A stretch of 64,000 bases of DNA from an uncultured Planctomycetaceae bacterium. Its GTDB lineage: Bacteria; Planctomycetota; Planctomycetia; Planctomycetales; Planctomycetaceae. The notes beneath the pieces were generated by a model. That model ran no database searches and was not told the origin of the DNA. It saw only the letters and a program-made list of their open reading frames with translations. The translations under genes were made by a program, and so were the position numbers. Shown piece after piece: positions 27,501 through 40,300 of this stretch (its first letter is position 1; the number at the start of each line of letters is the position of its first letter). The DNA is taken from contig CAZNMS010000003.1 in assembly GCA_964573505.1 (NCBI GenBank), positions 2,052 to 66,051 on the forward strand, given 5' to 3'.

Positions 27501-27629
27501 TTCGCCCCCGGCCTTGTGCCGGGGGTTCAACGGCTTTTGCGCTACTACGATCGAGGGCAAATTCCAGTAGCGCAAAGGCCGCTAAACCCCTGGGACAAGC
27601 CCAGGGGCGAATTAATCACAGCCTCGGAG
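27501..27629. repeat. ~130-bp three-hairpin palindromic element, copy P1
   Basis: Left hairpin CCCCCGGC-cttgt-GCCGGGGG, central stem GCGCTACT...AGTAGCGC, right hairpin CCCCTGGG-acaag-CCCAGGGG, tail ttaatcacagcctcggag. A same-orientation copy lies at 62461-62591. Confidence 0.85.
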
Positions 27630-28147
27630 AGGCAAGCTACGCGGACCGACTCGCGGCAAACGTGCGCAACCCGGCATAGCCGCGCGGGAGTGAGCGATCG
27701 ACATAGGTCATGCAGCCGCCTGAGACTTTTGCCTCATCGGAAACGGTTAGCAGCTTTACGCAACCGGCATCCCTCGAAATCTCGATGACTAAACCGAGTT
27801 TGTGCCGCTGTGGCGCAAAAGAGTCGGATCGTATGTCGGCTTCCCCCTCTGACTACGGGCTCCGCCTCGCTCTTCGGGTACGGATTGAGCAGTTCTTGCA
27901 GAGCGTCGGCTTATCGTCAGAGGCAGTCTTCTCGTCGTCAGTCGGATCAGCGTCGTGCGCATCAGGCACGAACTTTCGTCGGTCGCGTTTGCGACGATCG
28001 AAGTTCGGTGCCGTTGCTTTGTCTGTCATAGTTCCTACATGACCGACGAGCCTCACTTCGTGCGCACCAATCCGATGTTGCGCGCAGAGCCTCTTCACGA
28101 GCAGTCGCTTCTTCATCGCTAGCTCCCCGTGCCTCGCTTCACACACC

Positions 28148-28330
28148 GTGATCGACTTCGAGGCTGACATGAGACTGCGCCATTGGCTGAGTGGGGTTGC
28201 TGCTGCATTTCGTTGGACCAATCGAGTCAATCGTCGCACGCAGCGCAGATGGTTGCTTCCCGGCTTCGCGAAAGGACGCTTCGAGCGTCGCTCGGAGAGT
28301 CTTGAGCAGCGGCTGCTTCTATCCGGCGTA
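28148..28330 (+). other. Non-canonical Arg-rich N-terminal leader ending ...RRSESLEQRLLLSG
   Basis: M(IDFEAD)MRLRHWLSGVAAAFRWTNRVNRRTQRRWLLPGFAKGRFERRSESLEQRLLLSGVSVG. There is no long hydrophobic h-region. Confidence 0.5.
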
Positions 28331-31300
28331 TCGGTCGGGGACGGGCAGCGGTTCGGGACCGATGACGTCATTGCGGCTTTGCAGGTTGATTCTTATTCGC
28401 AAACGGCCGGCGCGGTTCTCTCCATTGAGATTGGAGGAATTGTTGCAGGCGCGGGCGTTGATGATCCGCTTGAGGGCTACGATCAGATCAATGTCTCCGG
28501 CGCGGCTCAGCTTGCGGGCACGCTCGAAGTGCAACTCGTTGACGGGTTCGTGCCCGAAGTCGGCGATACGTTCGACATCCTCAAGTTCGGCTCCGTCAGC
28601 GGGTCGTTTGATCTTGCGATCGGACTGTTCGGCATCGGCGACGGGACGATCTTCTTTGAAGTCGTGCAGCAACCCGATCGTCTGCAACTCGTTGCTCGGG
28701 CAATGGAGCAGCAAGATGTTGAAGTCGATGACCGAGATCCGTCGGTCAATAACGCGTTCGGCATGCTGCTGAATTCGAACTACTTCGGCTTCGATACGTT
28801 CACGATCACAACGTCGCTCTCGATCGGCGAGTTCTTTCAAGCGTCGGGCACGATCACTCTCAAGAGCAGCAATGAGACCGTCACGCTTGCTGACGGCACC
28901 GCGATCAATGCCGATGTGATTCGCATCGGCGGCGACGACATCAATGCGTTTGCCGGAGTCGGCGGGCCGTACTTTGTTGATAGTGACGATGACGGCGACA
29001 TCGACAGCGATGATGTGCCGAACGACGAAGCAACGGGGCTCGCCCTGCATGATGTCGACTTCGCACTCGCACTGCTGACGCCTGCCGAGTTACCGAGTGG
29101 CAGCGCGCCACTTCTGAGTTGGGCCGCGCTCAATGCGACGGCGAGCAAAGCCGAGTTCGTCGGCGTTGATGATGTCACGATCGAAGCGACGAACATTTCG
29201 GTCGCGATGAATCTTGTGCGCGGTGATGTCACTCCGGCGGAAGCGCCGAGCAAAGTCGTCAACTTCGCGCAGCAACCGCTGAGCGTGCTGACCGCTCCCG
29301 GCAAGACGATGTCGATCGCACATGACGGCTCGAAGGGCGAGCTGATGCAGGCGGTCGCTGACATCAATCTTGAAGTCGGCGAGTTCTTCTCGCTCGAAGG
29401 CCGAGTCGGCATCGAACGCTCGGCGAAGACCGTCGCGTTGTCTGATGGCTCGACGATCAATGGCGATGTGCTCGCGATCGGCGGCAAAGACATGACGGCC
29501 TTTGCGGGCATGAATGCCGGCAGCGCGGATGAACTCGGGCTCGTGCTCGATGATGTCGACTTCGGCTTAGCGATCGTGCGCGATCGCGATGATGCGTCGC
29601 GCGTCTTCCGCACTCTGCAAGCGGATGCCGGACTCGCGGATCTCGTCGGCATCGACAGTGTCGTCGCAACGGGCACTGAATTGAGTGTCGGCATCAATCG
29701 CGGGCCGTCGCTGACTGGTCCCGTTGCGGACTTCAAGACGACGCCGATCTCGCTGCCCGATGACATCTATGAGATCAATCTCGATGGCGCGAAAGGCCGA
29801 CTCAATCAAGTCGACGGACATCTGCACGTTGAGGTCGCGGACTTCTTGCAACTCGACGGTGACTTCGCGGTCGAGCAATCTCAGACAACGGTCACGCTCA
29901 CTGACGGCAGCACGGTCGATGCTCAGAAACTGACGATCGGCGCGAATGACGCGTCGGCGTTCGTCGGGATGAACGCTGACGGAGACGATGCCATCGGGCT
30001 CGAACTTGAAGACGTCAGCTTCGGAGTCGCGCTGCTCAGCGATACTCAGCAATCGAGTCGGCAATGGATCGCAGCAAAAGGTTCTGCCGAGAGCGCGGAG
30101 TTCGTCGGCATTGATCCGCTGACGGTGCGCGCCGAAGAGTTGCAGTTCGAACTCAATCGCGCGGCGAAAGACGGCTCGCGCATCGACTATGTCGCGCACC
30201 CGCTGACGATCCCGACGGGACCGAGCAGCGATGTCTCGATCGACTTCAACGAGTCGCGTGCTCGCGTTACCGGACATGCCGAACTCGCAATTGCCGAGAA
30301 CGTCACCGTTGAAGGCAATGTGTCAGTGACCTTTGAAGAGATCGTTTCGACGAATCCCGGAGTCATCGCGAGCAAGAAGACGACGCGCCGCGCGATCGTC
30401 GGCATCGGCGATGCGAACATCTTCGTCGGCGATCGCGGAAGCAGTGATGACGCTGTCGGGCTCAGCATCACGAACGCGCTCGGCGGCTTCGTCTATCAGC
30501 GCATTCAAGGTTCGACCGATCCGACCGAGAAGCCGACCGGCTATGCGATCAAAGCCGACGGCGACGTTGCTCTCGTCGGCATCGACGGAGTGACGGTCTC
30601 GGGCCGAGTCGGCATCGCGATGAATAAGACCGGCGCGGCACTCAATGAGGTCATCGAGTTCCCGAATGCGACGAACGGCGAGACGAAAGAGATTCTGCTC
30701 GGCTTCCCCGATTCGGATCCGCGCATCCTCGTGACGGGCAAAGGCGTTGATATTGATCTCGTCGGCGTTGCGAAGTTGAAGGGCGATATCGCGATCACTC
30801 CGACGAATCCGGCAATGGCGGCTCAAGGCGCAGTGACCGGCACGAAGCTGCTGTTCGCGGCGAACAACGTCGAAGCGTTTCTCGGGTATGACGGCAAAGG
30901 ACTCGCGATGAGCGGCGGCGAGTTCGGCGCGATCGTGATTTCGAACGGCGTGCAATCGCTCGGCAAAGGTTCGCCCGGCGGCATCGCGATCAAAGGCAAA
31001 GGCAGCGTTCGCACGGAGGGGCTCGATGTCACGCTGATTGGCGATGTCGACATCCTCGTGAATACGACCGGCGCGGCGATCGATGAGTCCGTCACGCAAC
31101 TCGACGGCACCGTGATCGACGTCAAGTTCGATGCGGGCAATCGGATCTTCAAACTGTTCCCGAACAACTTCGATGTCGCGCTCGACGGCATCGTTGCGGA
31201 CGGGCTCGATAGTCTCGGCGACTTGCTGAGCGGCATCGCAGCCGACTTGCAGCCCGAGTTCGATATCGACGGCGCGGTCATCAACGTCAACCCGCTGAGC

Positions 31301-34300
31301 ATCCCGCTGCCGGGCACGAACATCTCGGTCGACGGCATCGTCGGCATCAGCAAGCTCGTGCGAATCGGCGACTTCATTAAGCACTATCTCGATCCGACGT
31401 TCCTGCCGAGCTTGCCCGCCGTCGTTTACGGCATCGACGGCCCGACGTTGCGCGGGCTCATCGACTACCTCAATGCGCAGTGGCTGCCGTCGCTCAAAGG
31501 CTTCAATCCGGTCGACTTCAAAGGACTCGATTTCACATTCGACGATCAAGGCTTCTCGCTGACGTTCGATGCCGCGCCGACTTTCAATCAATCGGCGGAC
31601 CTCAACTTCGGAGCGGGACTAGATGCGCTCGGCGTCTCGTTCGATTCGAACGCCGCGATTGATCTCAATGTGAAGACCGACATCAGTCTCGACTTCGGCG
31701 TCAATTGGATCGACGGCTCATCGCGCTTCGACATCAACAAACTCGGACTGCAAGCAACGGCGAGCGCTGACGATCTCTTGCTGAGCGCAAAGGTCGGCCC
31801 GCTCAAAGTCGCGATCGGTGATCGCAACGCACAAATGGGGCACGTTTCAGCGGCGCTCGGCGGATCGGTTTCGTTCGTCAACGGCGAGTTCGATTTCACT
31901 CCCGGCACGAACAGCATCTCGGCGGACTTGCCGCTCTACGCCTCATTGAGCGGAGTGACGCTCGGCGGAGTCAGTCCGCCGCGCTTGCTCGCCGACATGC
32001 AGTTCACGGGCCCGAATCCCGACTTCAACATCGTGCCCGTCGACTTCGAGAAGTTGCTCGACTTCCGAAATCTCGGCATCGCGCAACTCGTGCAGATGTT
32101 TCCGGACGTGCGCGACTTCTTATCGAGCGTCCTCAACGTCGACGCGCTGAGTACCAAGATTCCGTTCGTCGATGTCTCGCTCAATCAAGTGCTCGGCTTC
32201 GCAAAGGCGTTCGATACCGACGTCTTGCAGAAGCTGAATTTCAATCGGCCGCGCGTTGATCTGCTGACGGGACTGACGGGCTCGATCGCCGCGAATTCAA
32301 AGCTCTTCACAGCGCTCGGTGCGAACTTCACGAGCGACCTCATCGGGCAAGACCTTTCGATTCTCGCACCGGACGGTTCGCTTACCGCGACCTATCGCAT
32401 CGCCGCGATCCCGAACGCGACAACGCTCGAACTCGAAGTGCCTGCAACGGCGGCCGTCACCGACAAACTGTTCGTCGTGCATCGTCCGATCGAGCCCATT
32501 CAAACGCTGCAAGAGTTCGTCGTCGCGATTAACGCAGCGGGCATTCTGCCGCCGGGCTTCAACGTTGCGTTCGATCCGGTGACGCAAGTCTTCTCGATTC
32601 CACTCGGCTTCAAAGGCACATTGCCCGCAGTGAATGCACCGCTCGATTTCGGCTTCGACTTCGGCGATGCACTCGCACTGGAGACAACTGGCACCGGGCA
32701 AGTCAACGCGGGAGTCGAGGGCAGTCTTGCGATCTATGTTGATCTCGACGGGCAGACGGACGTCGCGCCGAGCGGCTCCGTAACGGCGGGCAGCAACGTG
32801 CTGAGTGTCGCTGCTGACTTCTTCCGATCGGACATGCTGCAGCGCGAAGTGACGATCGACAGCACGAGCTACAAGATCGCGCGGATCATCGACGCGCGGC
32901 ATGCGGAGCTTGATCGAGCTGCCGTTCGCTCGGCGGCGGACAAAGAAGTCACCGTGAAGAGCGGCATTGAGTTCGGCATTGCCGACGCGAAGCTCGCGGG
33001 CAATCTCGGACTTGCCGTCAACAACATGAGCGTTGCGGCGCAACTCGGCTTTCTCGGCATTACGGCCGGCGGTCCTCAATCGGGGATCAGCATCGACGGC
33101 TCTGCGAGTCTCTCGCTCGATCGACTGCCGGGTTCGGGCATCGCTGCCGATCGTCGCTTCTCGGTCAATGATCTCTTCAGCGGCGACGCGTTCGATGCGC
33201 TGCACTTCGACTTCGGCGGCAATGCGACCGCGCGGCTGAAAGGGCTCAAAGTTGATCCCGGCTTCGGTGCCGAATTGCCGATCGCTCCGAGTGCTGAGAT
33301 CGCAATCGCCGTGCAGAACTTTCTCGATCTGAGCAAGGTGCAGACGATCTTCTCGTCGCCGTCGTTGCCGTTCTCGCTCGATGTTGCGAAGCAGTTCAAC
33401 AACATCATTCCCGGCGCGGTCGTGCTCTCGTTGCCGGATCTCGGCAATGCGTTCGACTTCGCGAAAGTCGGACTCGTTGACATCGTTCACGGAGTGCAAG
33501 TCGGGCTCGACTTCCTCGATGCGGCGCTGATCGATCAGCCGTTCTACAACGTGCAATTGCCGATCATTAATCGCTCGCTCAAAGACGTCTTCGGCTTTGC
33601 CGGAGACTTTGCGGCAAAGCTTGAGGGACTGTCTGCTGATCCCGAAGCCGCACTCGCTCAAGCAGAAGCGCTGATCGAAGCGGCGCTCGGACTGCTCGAT
33701 AACAACTTGCTCGACTTCAACGATCAGATCTTCGGATTGCGTCTGAACGGCAATGTCATCGACGTGCATTTGGGGCTCGGCGCGATCTTCTCTGACACGT
33801 TCGGCTTCGCGCTTGATCTCGGCACGTTGCTGCCCGGAGTGAACTCGGTCGGCATGCTGAGCGATCTCGTCAACGCCGACGGAGCAGTGACTCTTGAAGC
33901 GCTCGCGAAGCTCTCGATCGACGTCGGCATTCGCGCGGACTTAGCTGAGCCCGAGATCTTCCTCTACGACTACCGCACCGAGCGCGACATCAATCGCGAC
34001 GTCTCGAATCTCATCTTCTCAAGCGTCTCTTTCCCCGCCGGTAGCAGCACGCTGAGCGAGACGCAGTACGCCAACATTCGCTCGCAGATGCAGAACGCGA
34101 TCAACGCGGCGCTCGCGGGACAACCGGAAGGCGCACGCGTTGAGAAGCTCCGTGCAACAGTCGTCTCTGCGGTCAACGGAGCGAACGGAGCGAATGCCAA
34201 TACCGATTCAATCTACGGAGCGGGGCAGCTTGCCGGTCGTCGTCAAATGGCGATTCTCGCCGTGCAAGATCGACTGAGCCGCGAACTCGGCGTTGAAGTG

Positions 34301-37300
34301 ACGTTGCTTGCGGGCGAGCAAGTCGTTGCCGCGAACTCGACCGAGATGAATCAGACGCGCGCCTTCAAAGAGGTGCGCGCGGTCGTTGCTGTTCCCGTCA
34401 GCGTCGAGCAAGCAACGGGCACGCATCTCACGATTGGAACGCGCATCGCGGGAGAGGGCCTCAATCTCGGCTTCGCGGTCGGCCCGATCTCGATGAGCGT
34501 CAATAACGGCTACGCGGTGCTAGACGGAGACGGCGTTGCTGCAACGCGCGACTTCGCGCTGTTCACCGTCGCGGTCGATCAAACGTCGGGCACTCCGCAT
34601 GACGACGGCAAGTATCACATCCTCTCTGAGTCACTGTCGGAAAACTTACAGTTCTCAACGACGGGGCGGCTCGATGTGAATCTGCCGACGCAACTCAATC
34701 TCGGCGAACTGTCGTATGACCTCTCAGCGCCGATCCGTTTGCAGACGCCGCCTGAACTCGGATCGCTCGGCCTTTCGAATTTGTTGACGGGGCTCAGCGG
34801 CTTGCCAATTCCCGGCAACTTCCCAGCGCTCAACTTCACGCTGCCCGATATCCGCGCCGAGTTCACGCGATTGGGCGGCAGTTTGTCGCTCGTCTCGTTG
34901 CTGAATGATCCGACGAAGATCTTTGACGGACTCGACTTCGCACTCGGGTCGCTCGAAGACATCTTCGACAAAGTGACTGGCGCGGACTTGCCGTTCCTCG
35001 GAGACAACTTGCAGCAAGCGGCGCGGTTCATCAACGGGCTGCGCGCGGGGATTCTCAATCAACTGAAAGTGAATGTCGGCAGTCCCGATCAACTCATCGA
35101 AGACATTCAACTGGCGCTGTTTCGAGCGTTCGGGCCGAACGGGCTCAACATTCTGAAAGACGTCTCGCTCGACGGACTCATCAATCTCGGTGACATCCCG
35201 ATTCAGTGGCGCGACCTCAACGGCAACGTGCTCGGCGATTGGATCAAGAACGCGCAACTGCCCGACGGCTCGCTCGACTCGATTCAGTTCGGACTGCAAC
35301 TCGGCGGCAAGCTTCTCAACACCGGCATTGATCTGCCGCTCGACATCGACTTGCCCGGCTTCCAATTCAACGTCAATGGCGGCTTCGGCCTCGAAATGGA
35401 TTGGGGCTTCGACTTCGGCTTCGGCATCTCGGTCAGCGACGGCTTCTATGTCACAACGAAAGCCGACGAGAACGACCCCGAGTTCAAATTCTCCGTCGCC
35501 GCGTATCTCGACGGCACGCCGAACACTCCGGGAGTGACGACGGCGTTTGTCGGCACGGCTCAGCTTGCGTTCTTCGATGCAACGATTCGCGACAACAACC
35601 GCGCGAACGGCAAACCGAGCGGACTCGACGGCCTCTTGTCGCTCAATCTCAAAGGCAATGCCGCGCATCGGTTGACGATCAACGAACTGCAATCGCAACC
35701 GCTTGAGACGACCTTTAATCCGAACTTCGTCGTCGATGCCGGATTGAATCTCGCGGTCTCACTCGAGACGCCCGCTGCGTCGATGATGCCGAAGCTCAAG
35801 ACGGATCTCGTCGCGGACTTTGATTGGGATCTGAAGAACGGGCCGCAAGTGCCGCAGATCGACTTGCAGAACTTGCGCGTCAGCGTCGGCTCGATCGTCG
35901 CCGACTTTTTGCGACCGATCGCGCAACGCATTCAAGGCACGCTCGAGCCAATGCGCCCGTTGATCGACAAACTCACGCAAACGATTCCCGGTCTCGACCG
36001 CTTCTTGCCGGACGCGACCGTAATGGGACTCGTCAACTTGATCATGAAGGTGCAGGGCAAGCCCGCGATCAATTGGGACTTCGTCTATGCCGGCAAAGAG
36101 ATGCTGCGACTCGTTGATCTCGTTGCCGCGATGCAAGCGGACGGAGAAATCTTGCTCGGCAGTTTGACCGGAATGGGCTTACCGAATCCCCGCGCGATCG
36201 CAGCGGCGTTCGATCTGAATTCGTTGCCCGCGAACTTCCGCAACGGCTTGCTCGACATTCAGCAGAAGTCAGTCGGACGCAGTCCGGTCGGCAGCACCGA
36301 ACGCTCGGGCTTCAAAACGATCGAGTATCTGCGCGACATCAATAACTGGCTGAAGATCCTGCAAGGCGGCGATGCAACACTTTTTACATACGAGATGCCG
36401 CTGCTCGGTTTCAGTTCCGGCTTCGACGTGCCAATTGCGCGCGTCGGAGTCGATCGGCTTAACTTCGGAGTCGGTGCGAAAGGCAGCTTCAATGCCGCCG
36501 TTGATCTTGCATTCGGCTACGACACTTTCGGAGCCCGCGCGGCACTCTCGTCAAAGAACCCGCTCGACTTGCTCGACGGTTTTTACGTTGCCGACTTCTC
36601 GCTGCCGCAGTTCCGCAACTTTCAAGTCGTTGCTGGAACGGGCGGCGTCGAGAAAGACGAAGCGAAGATCGACTTGAGCATCGGTTTGAATGCGGGCGCT
36701 AGTTTCGCGGTAGTTCGCGGCGGCTTGAGCGGCAGCGTCAACTTCAAGTTCGGCGCCGATCTGCAAGACATCGCAAAGTCGAAGCTCATCAAAGACGCGA
36801 ACGGCAACGTCATCGGGGCGACCTACATCAGCGACGGCAAGATTCGCGGGTCCGAGTTCGACACGATGTACAACTATCAGAACGGCGGCTTCGCAAACCT
36901 CTTCAACTTGCAGGGCGAAGCGAATGCTCGCGCGAGTGCTTACGTCGATGTCTACTACGTCCTCGATTGGGGCAACGTCTTCGATGCGACGCTCTTCAAC
37001 ACTCAGCTTTTCAAAGTCGATCACAAAGCTCCGCAAGTCGCTCCGACGCTCGCAACGAAAGTCGGCTCGACGCTCTACATCAACTCGGGATCGCGCGCCG
37101 GCGATCGCAAATACTTCAACACAAAAGACGGCAACGAAAAGTTCATCCTCAACGGCAGCGGCGGCACGGTGAATGTCGAGTTCGATGACTGGTATCAAAC
37201 TTACTCGGGCATCACGCACGTCGTTGCGGATATGGGCGCGGGCAACGACGTCTTCGATGCAAGCCGTCTCAATGGAGTGACGGTCAACGTCACCGGCGGC

Positions 37301-40300
37301 GCGGGCAAAGACCGACTCTTCACCGGCAGCGCGGGCGGCACGCTCGACGGCGGCGCGGGCAAAGACGTGCTGACGGGCAAAGACGGTCCCGATGTGCTCA
37401 TTGGCGGCGACGACAACGACCGCATCACTGCCGGTGACGGCAACGACAGTATTGATGCCGGAGCGGGAGACGATCGCATCGTCGCGGGTGCCGGAAATGA
37501 CTCGGTCACTGCCGGTGACGGAGCAGATCGCATCACCGGCGACGCGGGCAACGATTCAATCGATGCCGGAGCCGGCGATGATCGCGTCACTGCCGGAGAC
37601 GGGGATGACACAATTCTTGCAGGTAGCGGAAATGACATCGTCTCGGGCGATCTCGGCAACGATGCGATAGGGGGCGGCGACGGCGATGACCGCATTACGG
37701 GCAACGACGGCAACGACATCTTGTCCGGCGGCAGCGGCGTTGATCGGATCGAGGGCCAAAACGGCAACGACATGCTCGACGGAGGCGACGGCAATGACGC
37801 GCTCGACGGAGACGCGGGCGACGATTCGATCTTCGGCGGTGCGGGTTCGGATCTCATCAATGCCGATGCCGGCAACGATCTCGTTGATGCCGGTGCTGAC
37901 GATGACCGCATCAACGGCAGCGACGGCGACGACTCATTGAGTGGCGGCAGCGGAGCCGACTGGATCGAAGCCGGTCGCGGCAACGATCAATTGTCGGGCA
38001 ACGGCGGCAATGACTTGCTCGTCGCGGGTATCGGCAACGACGTGCTCGACGGCGGCAGTGACGACGATCATCTGCTGACCGGTGACGGAGACGATACGGC
38101 GCGCGGCGGTGACGGAGCGGACTCGCTCAGCGGCACGAAAGGCAACGACGTTCTCTCCGGTGACGGCGGCAACGACACCATTGAAGGCGATGCCGGCAAC
38201 GACTGGATCGACGGCGGCGACGGCGATGATCAACTCAGTGATTCAGCGGGCAACGACACTCTCGGCGGCGGTCGCGGCAACGATGCCGTCAACGGAGCGC
38301 AGGGCGACGACGTCTACTTCTTCGTCAACAACTGGGGCGACGATCTGCTGTCGGACTTCAGCGGCTTCACAACGTTCGACTTCAGCGCGGTCGCAACTCC
38401 GACGGTCAGCAACATCACTCCCGCATTCAATGAGGTCGTAAGCAGTAGCGGTGATCGAGCTCGCTTGAGCAACTCGCCGGTCGTCAGTCTCGTGCTCGGC
38501 AGCGGCAACGATTCGCTCTTCGTGCGCGATCATCTCAATCGCGCGTTCAACGTTCGCGATGTCGGCGGCAACGACACTTACGAACTCACTCTCGGACAAC
38601 CGACGGCGGCGCGCAGCGTTGCGATCGACGATCAATCCGGCGGCAACGCGCTCCGCATCGAGCAGATCGCGGCGACCGCGCCACTCGGCATCAGCTCTCA
38701 ATTACTGACGAACGGCAAAGAGTCGGTCACGTTCAGCAATACGTTCCGCACGCTCGATGTCTTCGGCAGCGGAGCCCGCTTTGACGGCTCAGCCGTTGAT
38801 GCACTCGGCGGCGGTCTCGTCATCGCAGCGATCCCCGGCGCGACGCAGATCAACGTGCCGTATGAGTTCCGAGCAACGGGCTCGTCGATTGATCTGCAAG
38901 CACCGCTCAGCGCGCCGGCAATCACGCTCGAATCGTTCGCGACTCTCGACATTGATCAGCGACTCAACGCGAAGCAGAACGGCTATATCGACGCTCGCGT
39001 CTACGGTGACAGCAGCAACATTCTGCTCAACGAAACGCTCACGGTGAGTGCCGGAGCCGATTTAAACGGCGGCGGTGCCGGATGGATGCGACTCACTGCA
39101 CCGGACGGTTCGATCTCGCCGCGCTTCGGCACGTCGATCATTGGCACGAGCAGCACGCTCATGCTCACTGCCGGCGGTTCTGCCGGTGCGTCACATGAGC
39201 CGCTCGAGACCCGCGTTGCGCGACTGCATGCCGTCACATCGCTCGGCGGCAGCGGTTCGGTCATTGTGCATGAAGCCGACGATCTCGCGCTGACCGCGCA
39301 GGGACATTTCAGTCCGACAAACAACAATGGGCTCGTCATCAACCCGAGCTATCAATGGCTCGCCGCTGCCAATTGGGACAACTCGCTCTCGGATGATTGG
39401 CGCGACGAACTCGTTGACGGCATCGACCGCTTCGCCGTCGCAACGGGCAACGGTTCGATCGACATCTCGCTCGCGGCACCGGGATCAGTGCTCACTCTGA
39501 CCGACGCGGAAGTCATCGCACGACGGAACGGCGACGACATCGCGCTGACCGCTGACGACTTCGAGTTCGTCTCCGGCGAGAACCGCATCAACGGAACCGG
39601 CGAACTCAACATCCGCGCGACGACGGACGCGCAGAGCTATCGCATCGGCTCTGCTGCCGAGCACAGCGCGGGCAGCGATCTCACTCCGCTGCAGCGCGAT
39701 GAGTTCGTTGATCTCGGAGTTCGAGACTTCGCAGCGATTGGCGACAACTTCGAGCACGTTGCGATCGGTCATCGCTCGTCCGCGAACACAATGCTCATCG
39801 GCGACGTTTCAGATGCGCCGACGCTCAAGTCGACGAGCACTCCGCGCTCGGATGCGGCGGCGCTACGCAACTCAACGACGTTCTTCGCCAACACAATCAC
39901 TGTTGCGGGCGTCGTTCAAGCTCCCATTGATCGAGTCGCGTTCAACGCGTTCCGCGCTGAGATTCAAAACAAGAATTTGCATCTGCCGCTCGGAGCACCG
40001 GACTCGGGAGTCAGCGGTCGCGAAGTGGCGTTCAATCTCAATGAGCAACTGCTCGTCACCGGCTTCGTCAACGGTTCGCAACTCGTCGACATCGACATCA
40101 CTGATTCAACGGGCAACGGCGGCTTCTATAGCCCGACCGGCCGCGCGATCAGCTTGCGCGTCGACAACGCCGGCAGCATCACCGGCACGCAGTCCGGCAG
40201 CCGAGTCGACATCGACACCAATGCGGAAATCGAGATTGCCGGAGTGCTCGAAGTGAAGGGCGCGAACTCGCAGCTCGACGCGTATGCCGGCAGCAAGCTC

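Noticed and set aside
27853-28029. 58-aa minus-strand ORF (MTDKATAPNFDRRKRDRRKFVPDAHDADPTDDEKTASDDKPTLCKNCSIRTRRARRSP), divergent from the giant gene
   Set aside because: It has a plausible ATG with a weak GGA upstream, but no motif, low complexity and no way to test conservation here. The longer track version (27853-28371) overlaps the giant-gene start. It is left unannotated.
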